From: Rhodospirillales bacterium
GTDB taxonomy: Bacteria; Pseudomonadota; Alphaproteobacteria; Acetobacterales; Acetobacteraceae
Assembly (NCBI GenBank): GCA_025352565.1
Contig: JANXTF010000024.1
Location: forward strand, 6,001-70,000
Direction: 5' to 3'
DNA: 64,000 nucleotides
Part shown: in pieces, positions 1 to 11,728 of the stretch
How positions within the stretch are numbered: position 1 is the first letter of the stretch
Layout of the letters: each line of letters begins with the position of its first letter
Program-made: the position numbers and the translations under genes
Notes under the pieces: generated by a model
Databases searched by the model: none
Told to the model about the DNA's origin: nothing
Seen by the model: only the letters and a program-made list of their open reading frames with translations

Positions 1-461
1 ACTACCTGAACGGTGACACCGTCGCGTTCAACCAGTTCATGACGTCCACCGTCTTCAAGGATTTTCCGACCTTGAAATTCGTGATTCCGCATGGCGGCGG
101 AGCGGTGCCCTATCACTGGGGTCGGTTCCGGGGCTTGGCACAGGCCGCGAAGCTGCCTTTGCTGGGTGAGCTGCTGCTGAAGAACATCTTCTTCGACACA
201 TGCGTCTATCACCTGCCCGGCCAGGAGTTGCTGGCGAAAGTAATCCCAGTCGACAACATCCTGTTCGCCTCGGAGATGATCGGCGCCGTGCCCGGCATCG
301 ACCCGGAGACGGGCCATTACTTCGACGACACGAAGCGCTACGTCGACCAGTTGCCGTTGTCGGATGCCGACAAGGCCAAGATTTACGAAGGCAACGCACG
401 TCGCGTGTACCCGCGCCTGTCCGGGCAAATCACCAGGCAGTTCGCGCAAGCGGCCCGATGA
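1..461 (+). CDS. Amidohydrolase-2 family (ACMSD/LigJ-like metal-dependent hydratase/decarboxylase), C-terminal part; 5' end outside the window
   Basis: The frame is open from position 3 to the stop at 459-461. The tail FVIPHGGGAVPYHWGRF...FDTCVYH...ILFASEMIGAV...GNARRVYPRL resembles the amidohydrolase_2 C-terminal region; my closest recollection is LigJ-type 4-oxalomesaconate hydratase. Confidence 0.7.
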   Translation, partial: YLNGDTVAFNQFMTSTVFKDFPTLKFVIPHGGGAVPYHWGRFRGLAQAAKLPLLGELLLKNIFFDTCVYHLPGQELLAKVIPVDNILFASEMIGAVPGIDPETGHYFDDTKRYVDQLPLSDADKAKIYEGNARRVYPRLSGQITRQFAQAAR

Positions 462-611
462 TGGTGCTTGCCGGAACATGATCGTCGGATCGAGCGTGCC
501 TCGGGAACGAGTCCCGAGTCCGCGGCCGCCCTTTGGGATCGCCCGCGGCCCTTCCCCCCGTTTGCTCGGACTGCCGACCGAACAAGATGGAGGAAGGACC
601 ACTTCAGGGCG

Positions 612-1634
<1,023 letters not shown>

Positions 1635-1709
1635 TTATTCCTTGATGGTGGATGGAAAGTAACCGTTTGGGGGACTGGAAAGGGTGGTGCGGTGTTGCCC
1701 TGCGCTCCG

Positions 1710-2222
1710 TCAGATGACGCGCGTGCCGCGGGCGATCGCGGCGACCCCCGTGCGCGAGACTTCGGCCAGCCCGAGCGGACGCATCAGCTCGACGAAGGCG
1801 TCGAGTTTTTCCGTGCTGCCGGTCATTTCGAAGACGAAGCTGCCCGTTGTGGCATCGACCACGCGGGCGCGAAAGGCGTCGGCCAGGCGCAACGCCTCGG
1901 CGCGATCGTTGCCGGTGGAGCACACCTTGATCAGCGCCATCTCGCGGGCGATGTGCGGGCCCTCGCGGGTGAGGTCGGACACGCGATGCACCGGCACCAG
2001 CCGGTCGAGCTGGGCCTTGATCTGCTCGATCACCATTTCGGTGCCCGAGGTGACGATGTTGATGCGGCTGCGGCCGCGCCCGTCATCGACCGGGGCCACC
2101 GTCAGGCTGTCGATGTTGTAGCCGCGCCCGGAGAACAGGCCGATCACGCGGGCCAGCACGCCAGCCTCGTTTTCGACCAGGACGGAGATGGTGGCGGAGG
2201 TGTTGGGGGCGGGCGTGGTCAT
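1710..2222 (-). CDS. ilvH: Acetolactate synthase small (regulatory) subunit
   Basis: ACT-domain start ISVLVENEAGVLARVIGLFSGRGYNIDSLTV. I chose the internal ATG at 2222 (MTTPAPN); the track ORF extends into the repeat element upstream. Confidence 0.9.
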   Translation of the reverse strand: MTTPAPNTSATISVLVENEAGVLARVIGLFSGRGYNIDSLTVAPVDDGRGRSRINIVTSGTEMVIEQIKAQLDRLVPVHRVSDLTREGPHIAREMALIKVCSTGNDRAEALRLADAFRARVVDATTGSFVFEMTGSTEKLDAFVELMRPLGLAEVSRTGVAAIARGTRVI

Positions 2223-2242
2223 GGCAGTGTTCCTGACTTCTC

Positions 2243-2340
2243 CCCTGCCCCTTGTGGGGAGGGGCCGGGGGCGGGGGCGCCCGGGCACAGCGTTCGAAGG
2301 TGGAGGCACCCCTCCCCGGCCCTCCCCACAAGGGGGAGGG
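2243..2340. repeat. REP-like imperfect palindromic element between ilvI and ilvH
   Basis: Left arm 2243-2270 (cccctgccccttgtggggaggggccgggg) pairs with right arm 2314-2340 (ccccggccctccccacaagggggaggg). There is a perfect 15-bp core (2249-2263 vs 2320-2334), one bulge, one mismatch and a loop of about 43 nt. Confidence 0.75.
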
Positions 2341-2348
2341 CGAAAATA

Positions 2349-4154
<1,806 letters not shown>

Positions 4155-4188
4155 GGGTGGGAGAGGTAGGCGCTCCCGCTGCACCGCG

Positions 4189-5142
4189 TCAACCCGCGCG
4201 AACAAAAGCGATGATTTCGGCCCAAGTTCTTTCCGAAACTTGCTCTAGACCCGCGAAACGCGCATGGATCATATGCGTTCGTGCCGGATCGGCAAGGGAG
4301 TGGTGGCGGAACCAGGTTGCCTGACGCTTGGTGTAGCGGCCGGTGGCGAACACGGCGAGGCGGGCGGCGTCGGCCAGACAGGTCTCGCCCCGGAGATGGG
4401 CCAGCAGTTCCGGCACCCCGTGGGCGCGCATGGCTGGCAGAGCCGGGTCGAGGTTCCCGGCGGCCAGCGTCGCGACCTCGGCCAGGGCACCCTGTTCCAG
4501 CATCGCGTCGAAACGCGCGGCGATGGCGGCGCGCAACGGCTCGCGCGCGGGGTCGATCAGGAGGGCGGTGAAGCGCCAGGGCGCGGGCGTGGCCGCGTCC
4601 GACTGCCAGGCGGCGAGGCCGCGCCCGGTCTGTCGCCACACCTCCCAGGCGCGGGCGATGCGCTGGCCGTCGGTGGGATGCAGGCGGGCGGCTGTGGCCT
4701 GATCGACATGGGCCAGCGCGGCATGGAGCGCCGCGGCGCCCTGGTCTGCCAGCAGGCGGCGGGCTTCCGTGCGGGCGGCGTCACCGATGGCGGGAATGGC
4801 GGCGAGGCCCTGGACGAGGGCCGCGAAATACATGCCGGTGCCGCCGCAGATGATGGGCAGACGGCCGGACGCGTGGGCGCGGTCCATCTCGGTCAAGGCG
4901 GTCGCGCGCCACCATGCCGCGCTGCCGGCCTCGGCGGCCGGGCGGACGCCGTAGAGGCGGTGGGGAACACGCGCCTCCTCCGTCTCGGTGGGGCGCGCGG
5001 TGACGATGCGGAGTTCGCGATAGACCTGCATCGAGTCCGCGTTGACGATCGTGCCGCCGAGTTCCTCGGCCAGCGCCAGCGCCAGCGCTGACTTGCCGCT
5101 GGCGGTGGGGCCTGCGACGAGGAGGGCGTGCGGTTCACGCAC
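4189..5142 (-). CDS. miaA: tRNA dimethylallyltransferase
   Basis: P-loop LLVAGPTASGKSALALALAEELGGTIVNADSMQVYRELRIVTARP is typical of MiaA. Confidence 0.92.
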   Translation of the reverse strand: MREPHALLVAGPTASGKSALALALAEELGGTIVNADSMQVYRELRIVTARPTETEEARVPHRLYGVRPAAEAGSAAWWRATALTEMDRAHASGRLPIICGGTGMYFAALVQGLAAIPAIGDAARTEARRLLADQGAAALHAALAHVDQATAARLHPTDGQRIARAWEVWRQTGRGLAAWQSDAATPAPWRFTALLIDPAREPLRAAIAARFDAMLEQGALAEVATLAAGNLDPALPAMRAHGVPELLAHLRGETCLADAARLAVFATGRYTKRQATWFRHHSLADPARTHMIHARFAGLEQVSERTWAEIIAFVRAG

Positions 5143-5180
5143 GGGTTGCGGCCAGAGGGCTAAATCCGCATACGGCTGGC

Positions 5181-6062
5181 ATGAACCATGTTCTGACGCT
5201 GATCGCGGACCCGGCCGCCTTTCCCCTGACCGACGCGATCATCGCGCGGGTGCGCGACGCGGTCGGCGGCACCGCGAGCGACGTGCTTTCGCCCGGCGAG
5301 GCGGCCGACATCATGTGTCCGAGGCGGCCGGATGGCCACGACATCGCCGCCGCTCTGGAGCGAGCGCCGATCGACGCCATCACCACCAAGGCGCGCGGCC
5401 GGCGCAAAGGACTGCTGCTGGCCGACATGGACAGCACCATCGTCACCGGCGAGACGATCGACGAGCTCGCGGCGTTCGCGGGAATCGGGGAGAAAATCGC
5501 GGCCATCACGAAGCGCAGCATGGAGGGCGAGCTGGATTTCGCCCAGGCCCTGCGCGAACGGGTGGCAATGCTGAAGGGCTTGCGCCTGGAGGCGCTGGAG
5601 AAAACCTGGGAGCGGGTGGCATTCAGCCCCGGCGCCCGCGAGTTGGTGGCGACGATGCGGGCGCACAACGCGACCACGGCGCTGGTGTCGGGCGGCTTCA
5701 CCTGGTTCACCGGGCGGGTGGCGGGCGAACTCGGCTTCGAGGTGAACCGGGCGAACGTGCTGCTGGATGACGGGTCGGCGCTGACTGGCGAGGTCGGCGA
5801 GCCGATCCTGGACCGGGAGGCGAAATTGGCCACGCTGCGCGAACTGGCCGCCGCGCGAAGCCTCAAGATGGCGGGGACGCTGGCGGTGGGAGATGGCGCC
5901 AACGATCTCGCGATGATCCGCGCGGCGGGTCTGGGAGTGGCCTACCGCGCCAAGCCGATCGTCGCACGGGAGGCAAAGGCCGAAATCGTGCATTCGTCGC
6001 TGCGCGCGCTGCTGTTCGCGCAAGGTTATCGTCTGGAGCAGATCGTCGGCGCACCCTCATAG
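5181..6062 (+). CDS. serB: Phosphoserine phosphatase (HAD superfamily)
   Basis: HAD motif I LLLADMDSTIV, then GETIDELA...MEGELDF, and a C-terminal GDGANDL motif. It is divergent from miaA. Confidence 0.9.
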   Translation: MNHVLTLIADPAAFPLTDAIIARVRDAVGGTASDVLSPGEAADIMCPRRPDGHDIAAALERAPIDAITTKARGRRKGLLLADMDSTIVTGETIDELAAFAGIGEKIAAITKRSMEGELDFAQALRERVAMLKGLRLEALEKTWERVAFSPGARELVATMRAHNATTALVSGGFTWFTGRVAGELGFEVNRANVLLDDGSALTGEVGEPILDREAKLATLRELAAARSLKMAGTLAVGDGANDLAMIRAAGLGVAYRAKPIVAREAKAEIVHSSLRALLFAQGYRLEQIVGAPS

Positions 6063-6113
6063 GGCGCGCCGCATTCCGATCCGAGGGCAGCCCGATCTTT
6101 AGGCAACCCGGCC

Positions 6114-6281
6114 TTAGGGTAGCGTCCTCTTCACGTCCTCGGCACCGCGCGTCACGGCCCGGCCGGTCGCGGACACGTCCTGGCCGGCACCGGCCGTTGT
6201 GTTGCAGGCGGTTAGCATCGGAGCGACCGCCCCGAGCAGCAATGTGAGGATGAGGGCGCGGACCGCGATCGTCTTCGTCAT
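6114..6281 (-). CDS. Entericidin EcnA/B-like small lipoprotein (55 aa)
   Basis: MTKTIAVRALILTLLLGAVAPMLTACNTTAGAGQDVSATGRAVTRGAEDVKRTLP has a signal peptide and lipobox LTAC. It is only the 3' tail of a spurious 1002-aa track ORF; ATG at 6281. Confidence 0.7.
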   Translation of the reverse strand: MTKTIAVRALILTLLLGAVAPMLTACNTTAGAGQDVSATGRAVTRGAEDVKRTLP

Positions 6282-6439
6282 GGGGGTCTCCTGGCCAATT
6301 TGGCGTTCGGTCGTGAAACACGCGATCTTGAGGAAAGTTTCCTTACGCCACCGTTTGATTCCGCCGGGCTCTCGATATCGCCACGGCCGAACGTCGTGGC
6401 GCGCCGGCCATGCGACCGAAGCGGGGTGACCGAAGCGGG

Positions 6440-7543
6440 CTATTCCACGACGATTCGCGGCCCCGCGGCCCGCCCGCCGGCCAACTTCGCCTGAAGCCCC
6501 TCCGCCACCGCCATGAACGCGCGCGCGCCGTCGCTCTCCGGCGCCGAGGCGACGATGGGCGCGCCGGCATCGGCCGCCGTGCGGATGTCGAGCAGCAGCG
6601 GGATTTCGCCCAGGAAATCCACTCCAAGCCGGCGGGCCTCGGCTCGCGCGCCGCCATGGCCGAAGATCTCGGCGCGGTGGCCGCAGGCGGGACAATGGAA
6701 ATAGCTCATGTTCTCGACCAGCCCGAGCACCGGCACGCTGGTCTTCTCGAACATCCGCACGCCGCGCCGCGCATCCAGCAACGCGATGTCCTGCGGCGTG
6801 GAGACGATGACGGCACCCGCCAACGCCACACGCTGCGCCATGGTGAGCTGTGCGTCGCCGGTGCCAGGAGGCATGTCCACGATCATCACGTCGAGCCTGC
6901 CCCAATCGACCTGCCCCATCATCTGCTCCAGCGCGCCCATCACCATCGGGCCGCGCCAGATCATCGGCGTCTCCTCCTCGACCAGGAAGCCGATCGACAT
7001 GGCCTTGAGGCCCCACGCGAGCAGCGGCTGCATCCGGTCGCCACGCAGTTCGGGCTTGCGCGACAGGCCGAGCATCCGCGGGAGGCTGGGACCGTAGATA
7101 TCGGCGTCGAGCAGCCCGACCGACAGGCCAAGGCGCGACAGGGCGACCGCGAGGTTGATGGCCACCGTGGATTTGCCCACGCCGCCCTTGCCTGAGGCGA
7201 CCGCGACGACGGCGCCCACATCGGCCAGCAGGCGCGGCCGCCCGCCGCCCGGCGCGGGCGGCGCCTTGGGCTGGGCGATCTGTTCGGGCGCGGCCTTGTG
7301 TGCGGTGAGCACGACGGTCGCGTTCCTGACGCCGGGGAGCCCGCCCAGCAGCGCCTCCGCCTGCCTTCGCACCGGCTCCATGCCCGCCGCATGGGCGCGA
7401 TCGGTCAGCAGGCTCACATGCACCAGCCCGTCGCGGGTCTGCACCTGCTCCACCAATCCGGCCGCCACCACGTCCTGCCCGGTCGCCGGATCGATGATGG
7501 TGCGGAGCGCCTTGCGGAGCGCCTGCTCGTCGGGAATGGGCAT
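6440..7543 (-). CDS. apbC: Mrp/ApbC/NBP35-type Fe-S cluster carrier ATPase
   Basis: N-terminal DUF59-like region (IIDPATGQDVV) and a deviant Walker A VAVASGKGGVGKSTVAINLA. Confidence 0.9.
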   Translation of the reverse strand: MPIPDEQALRKALRTIIDPATGQDVVAAGLVEQVQTRDGLVHVSLLTDRAHAAGMEPVRRQAEALLGGLPGVRNATVVLTAHKAAPEQIAQPKAPPAPGGGRPRLLADVGAVVAVASGKGGVGKSTVAINLAVALSRLGLSVGLLDADIYGPSLPRMLGLSRKPELRGDRMQPLLAWGLKAMSIGFLVEEETPMIWRGPMVMGALEQMMGQVDWGRLDVMIVDMPPGTGDAQLTMAQRVALAGAVIVSTPQDIALLDARRGVRMFEKTSVPVLGLVENMSYFHCPACGHRAEIFGHGGARAEARRLGVDFLGEIPLLLDIRTAADAGAPIVASAPESDGARAFMAVAEGLQAKLAGGRAAGPRIVVE

Positions 7544-7652
7544 ACGCTTGAAAACCTTTCGTACGTCGGCAATATGGAGAACGCCTTATGAGGCCCGCGC
7601 GGCGCGCTGCCAACGGCGCCGACCCGCGACACTTTAGGAGCCTCCCCCCTCG

Positions 7653-9068
7653 ATGCCCTGGAACAATGGCGGCTCCGGCGATGAACCCGGAGACGGCGGC
7701 AAGCCGCCGAGCCCGTGGGGCACGCCCGGCGAAACACCCGCGCGCAAGCCCACCCGTCCGCCCAATGATCGTCCGCCCAACGATCGTCCGCCGAACGATC
7801 GTCCGCCGAATGATCGCCCGCCGTTCGGCCGGCCATCCGGGCCGCAGACCCCGTGGGGCACCGGCGGACGCGGTCCAGGTGGCGGCACGCCGCCCGACAT
7901 CGACGAACTGATCGCCCGCGCCCAGGGCTTCGTGCGCGGCCTGCTGCCCGGCGGTCCGGGCGGCGGCGGCATGGGTCCGCGCGGCGGCAGCGGGCGTGGT
8001 GCCGGTGGGCGCGGTGGCGGGGCATTGTCCGGCGGGCGGGGTGCCGTCCTGCTCGGCCTCGTGCTCGTGGCCGGCTGGCTCGCCAGCGGGTTCTACCGCG
8101 TCCAGCCCGATGAGCAGGGTGTGGTGCTGCGCTTCGGCGCCTATGAACGCACCACGCTGCCCGGCCTCAACTACCACATGCCCTGGCCGGTCGAGAGCGT
8201 GCTGCGCCCCGCCGTCACCCGCATCAACCGCGTCGAGGTCGGCTACCGTTCCGCCGGCCCCGAGGCCCGCACCGCCTCGGGCCGCGACGGGCGGCAGCGC
8301 ATCGTGCCGGAGGAGAGCCTGATGCTCACCGGCGACGAGAACATCATCGACATCGACTGCGCCGTGTTCTGGCGCGTCCGCGACGCCAGCGCGTATCTGT
8401 TCAATACCCGCAACCCCGCCGAGACGGTGAAATCCGCCGCGGAGAGCGTGATGCGCGAGGTGATCGGCCGCACCCCCATCCAGCCGGCGCTGACCGACGC
8501 CCGCGCCCAGATCGAGACCGCCGTTTACAAGGGGGTCCAGGCGATCCTCGACCAATACGGCAGCGGCGTGGAGATCACCCAGGTGCAGCTCCAGAAGGTC
8601 GATCCGCCAGCGGCCGTCATCGACAGCTTCCGCGATGTGCAGCGCGCCAACACCGACGCCGAGCGCATCCGCAACGAGGCCGAGAGCTACCACAACGACA
8701 TCGTCCCCCGTGCGCGCGGCGACGCCGCCCGGCTGGTCGCCGAGGCCGATGGCGCGCGGCAATCGTCGGTCGCCGAAGCCACCGGCCAGGCGCAGCGCTT
8801 CCTGTCGGTGCTGACCGCCTACAACGCCGCCAAGGATGTGACGCTGCGTCGCCTTTATATCGAGACCATGCAGGACATCCTGTCGCACACGCCGACCTTG
8901 ATCGTGGATGACAAGCTGAAGGGCGTGGTGCCGTATCTGCCGCTGAACGATTTCCCGCGGGTGCCGCCCCGGCCGGGCGCCAGCACGGGTCAAACTTCCA
9001 CGGGTCAAACATCCGTGCTTCCGGCATCTCCCGCCGCGCCAACCCCCGGTCGGAGCACCACGCCATGA
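7653..9068 (+). CDS. hflK: FtsH protease modulator HflK (SPFH/band-7) with Pro/Gly-rich N-terminal region
   Basis: MPWNNGGSG start, a TM segment and an SPFH core (VQPDEQGVVLRFG...). It is followed by hflC with an ATGA overlap. Confidence 0.92.
   Translation: MPWNNGGSGDEPGDGGKPPSPWGTPGETPARKPTRPPNDRPPNDRPPNDRPPNDRPPFGRPSGPQTPWGTGGRGPGGGTPPDIDELIARAQGFVRGLLPGGPGGGGMGPRGGSGRGAGGRGGGALSGGRGAVLLGLVLVAGWLASGFYRVQPDEQGVVLRFGAYERTTLPGLNYHMPWPVESVLRPAVTRINRVEVGYRSAGPEARTASGRDGRQRIVPEESLMLTGDENIIDIDCAVFWRVRDASAYLFNTRNPAETVKSAAESVMREVIGRTPIQPALTDARAQIETAVYKGVQAILDQYGSGVEITQVQLQKVDPPAAVIDSFRDVQRANTDAERIRNEAESYHNDIVPRARGDAARLVAEADGARQSSVAEATGQAQRFLSVLTAYNAAKDVTLRRLYIETMQDILSHTPTLIVDDKLKGVVPYLPLNDFPRVPPRPGASTGQTSTGQTSVLPASPAAPTPGRSTTP
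7758..7832 (+). repeat. In-frame 15-bp tandem repeat (PPNDR x4 plus one degenerate unit) inside hflK
   Basis: ccgcccaatgatcgt / ccgcccaacgatcgt / ccgccgaacgatcgt / ccgccgaatgatcgc / ccgccgttcggccgg. Confidence 0.9.
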
Positions 9069-9952
9069 GGACCACTTCCATGGCCGCGGTGGCCGCCGCC
9101 TTCGCGATCGCCGTCCTCGCAAGTTCGTCGCTGTTCACCGTCAGCCAGACCGAGCAGGTGCTCATCACCCAGTTCGGCCAGCCGATCCGCGTCATCTCCA
9201 ACGCGGGACTCCATGCCAAGCTGCCCCTGGTGCAGACCGTCATCAGCTTCGACCGCCGCCTGCTGGACTACGAGGTGGCGCCCGAGGAGGTCATTCTCGG
9301 CGACCAGCGCCGGCTGATCGTCGACAGCTTCACGCGCTTCCGCATCACCGACCCGCTGCGCTATTATCAGGCGGTCGGTCCGACCGAGGATGGCGTGCGC
9401 GCCCGCCTCAACTCGGTCGTTTCCTCCTCGCTGCGTCGCGTGCTGGGCAACGAGCAACTGCTGAACGTGCTGTCATCCGATCGCGGGCGGATCATGGGGC
9501 TCATCAAGGGCCAGGTGAACGACGAGATGAAGGGCTTCGGCGTCGCCATCGAGGATGTCCGCATCCGTCGCGCCGATCTGCCGGAGGAGAACACCCAGGC
9601 GATCCTCTCGCGCATGCAGTCCGAGCGCGAGCGCGTCGCGCGGCAGGCCCGTGCCGAGGGTGCCGAGGCCTCGTCGCGCATCCGCGCCAGCGCGGAACGC
9701 GAACGCACCGTGCTGCTGGCCGAGGCCCGCTCCACCGCCGACAAGCTGCGCGGCGAGGGCGAGGGGCAGGCGATCGCCCTGTTCGCCGACGCCTTCCAGC
9801 GCGACCCGCAATTCTTTGAAACCTGGCGGACGTTGCAAGCCTACAAGGACGCCTTCGCCAGCGGTGCCTCGCGGCTGGTTCTCACGCCCGGTTCGGACTT
9901 CCTGAAGCTGCTGAACCAGGCGCCGACGGTGGCTGGGGCGGCACCCAAATAA
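9065..9952 (+). CDS. hflC: FtsH protease modulator HflC
   Basis: N-terminal TM followed by an SPFH domain (SLFTVSQTEQVLITQFGQP...). There is a 4-nt ATGA overlap with the hflK stop. Confidence 0.92.
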   Translation: MRTTSMAAVAAAFAIAVLASSSLFTVSQTEQVLITQFGQPIRVISNAGLHAKLPLVQTVISFDRRLLDYEVAPEEVILGDQRRLIVDSFTRFRITDPLRYYQAVGPTEDGVRARLNSVVSSSLRRVLGNEQLLNVLSSDRGRIMGLIKGQVNDEMKGFGVAIEDVRIRRADLPEENTQAILSRMQSERERVARQARAEGAEASSRIRASAERERTVLLAEARSTADKLRGEGEGQAIALFADAFQRDPQFFETWRTLQAYKDAFASGASRLVLTPGSDFLKLLNQAPTVAGAAPK

Positions 9953-10098
9953 ACATGCGAGGAAGGCGACCACCGCACCCCCTTGGCCCGATGACGAAAG
10001 TTTTAGGTGGTGAATTGCCCCCTGGATGCGACACAGGTTGATGCAATGCGGCCCGCCGCGCACATTTGATGAAATTCGCCCTTAGGGATCAGCACGAC

Positions 10099-11625
10099 AT
10101 GCGCTCCACTTCCCGCTACGCCGCCCTCGCCCTCGCCGGCCTCCTGGCCGTGCCTGTCCTGCCGACCATGGGCGTACAGCCGGCCCAGGCCCGGGTCGCC
10201 GGTGACAGCTTCGCCGATCTTGCGGCCAAGCTGCTGCCCGGCGTGGTCAACATCTCCTCCACGACGTCGGGCAAGGCCGAGCGCCCGGGTGCCGGGCCGG
10301 AAATGCCGGTATTCCCGCCCGGTTCTCCGTTCGAGCAGTTCTTCAAGGACTTCCTGGACCGCCAGCGGCGCGGCGGCGGCGGCGGCGGTCAGGGGCAGAA
10401 CGACGCGCCCGACCAGGGCCGCAAGATGCAGAGCCTCGGCTCGGGCTTCGTGGTCGATCCGTCGGGCATCGTCATCACCAACAACCACGTGATCGACGGC
10501 GCCGACGAGATCACCGTGCTGTTGCAGGACAGCACCAGCTTCAAGGCCAAGCTGCTCGGCAAGGACGCCCGCGCCGACATCGCCGTGTTGAAAATAACCA
10601 GCGACAAGCCGCTGGTCGCGGTGCCGTTCGGCGACAGCGACAAGGCGCGCGTGGGCGATGTGGTGCTGGCCATCGGCAACCCGTTCGGCCTCGGCGGATC
10701 GGTCACCGCCGGCATCGTCTCCGCCCGTGGCCGCGACATCCATCAGGGTCCGTATGACGATTACCTGCAGACCGACGCCGCCATCAACCGGGGCAATTCC
10801 GGTGGACCGCTGTTCAACATGGACGGCGAGGTGATCGGCATCAACACCGCCATCTACTCCCCGTCTGGCGGCTCGGTCGGCATCGGCTTCTCGATCCCGT
10901 CCAACCTCGCGAAAAACGTGGTCGCCCAGTTGCGCGATTTCGGTCGCGCGCGGCGCGGCTGGCTCGGCGTGCAGATCCAGCAGGTGACGCCCGACATCGC
11001 TGAGAGCATGGGCCTGCACGAACCCTCGGGCGCGCTGGTCGCGGGAGTGACCGCCGACGGGCCGGCCGGCAAGGCGCAGCTGCGCGGCGGCGATATCATC
11101 CTGAAATTCAATAGCCAGGATGTGAAGGAGATGAAGAACCTGCCGCGCATCGTGGCCGAGACCGAGATCGGCAAGCAGGTGCCGCTAGTGGTCTGGCGCG
11201 ACGGCAAGCAGGTTTCGCTCACCGCCGTGGTGGGCGAGCTGCCGGACGACGCTAAGACGCAACTGGCCTCGGCCGCGCCGGACAAGCCGGCAGCCGCGGT
11301 GACCGAGCTGTCCGGGCTCGGCCTCAAGGTCGGACGAATCACGGCCGATGCGCGCGGCAAGTTTCAACTGAGCGCCGAGCAGAAGGGGGTGGTGATTACC
11401 GACGTCACCAACGGGACTCCCGCCGCCGATCGCGGCCTGAAGGCCGGGGACGTGATCGTGGAAGTGCAGCAGGAGGCGGTGAGCACGCCGGACGACGTCC
11501 TGCGCCGCATCGACAGCGTGCGCAAGGCGAACCGTCAATCGGTGCTGATGCTGGTTCAGAACGCCGATGGACTGCGGTGGGTGCCGCTGTCGTTGAAGGC
11601 CGATCCGGCCCGCAAGCCGGGCTAG
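10099..11625 (+). CDS. Periplasmic serine endoprotease, DegP/HtrA (Do) family, two PDZ domains
   Basis: Catalytic motifs NNHVI, D...AVLK and GNSGGPLFN, with a signal peptide MRSTSRYAALALAGLLAV. ATG 10099 was chosen because AGGGA lies about 10 nt upstream; the track ORF starts at 10066. Confidence 0.9.
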   Translation: MRSTSRYAALALAGLLAVPVLPTMGVQPAQARVAGDSFADLAAKLLPGVVNISSTTSGKAERPGAGPEMPVFPPGSPFEQFFKDFLDRQRRGGGGGGQGQNDAPDQGRKMQSLGSGFVVDPSGIVITNNHVIDGADEITVLLQDSTSFKAKLLGKDARADIAVLKITSDKPLVAVPFGDSDKARVGDVVLAIGNPFGLGGSVTAGIVSARGRDIHQGPYDDYLQTDAAINRGNSGGPLFNMDGEVIGINTAIYSPSGGSVGIGFSIPSNLAKNVVAQLRDFGRARRGWLGVQIQQVTPDIAESMGLHEPSGALVAGVTADGPAGKAQLRGGDIILKFNSQDVKEMKNLPRIVAETEIGKQVPLVVWRDGKQVSLTAVVGELPDDAKTQLASAAPDKPAAAVTELSGLGLKVGRITADARGKFQLSAEQKGVVITDVTNGTPAADRGLKAGDVIVEVQQEAVSTPDDVLRRIDSVRKANRQSVLMLVQNADGLRWVPLSLKADPARKPG

Positions 11626-11680
11626 TGGTAACAATCTGACGGAAGCATCCGTTAGATTCTATTCGTTATCGCTCATTTTA

Positions 11681-11728
11681 TGGTCCAAATTCCCTGACGC
11701 TCGGGTAGCGAGCGTCAGGTTTGGACCA
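11681..11728. terminator. Long hairpin in the AT-rich gap between convergent degP and rbsK
   Basis: tggtccaaattccctgacgctcg ggta gcgagcgtcaggtttggacca forms a stem of about 20 bp with one bulge. It ends directly at the rbsK stop codon (11729-11731). Confidence 0.6.

Noticed and set aside
4155-4188. ilv leader peptide or attenuator upstream of ilvI.
   Set aside because: The spacer between the miaA stop and the ilvI start is only 34 nt, with no Ile/Leu/Val-rich mini-ORF or terminator hairpin.
7758-7832. Possibility that the 15-bp arrays (also 41822-41881 and 49343-49417) are CRISPR-like.
   Set aside because: The units are directly adjacent with no spacers, only 15 bp long, in-frame inside coding sequence, and there are no cas genes.
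6282-9122. Upstream 947 codons of the 1002-aa minus-strand ORF.
   Set aside because: It is out of frame with mrp on the same strand and antisense to hflK, and it is Arg/Gly/Ala/Pro-rich. Only its last 55 codons (6114-6281) form a plausible gene.
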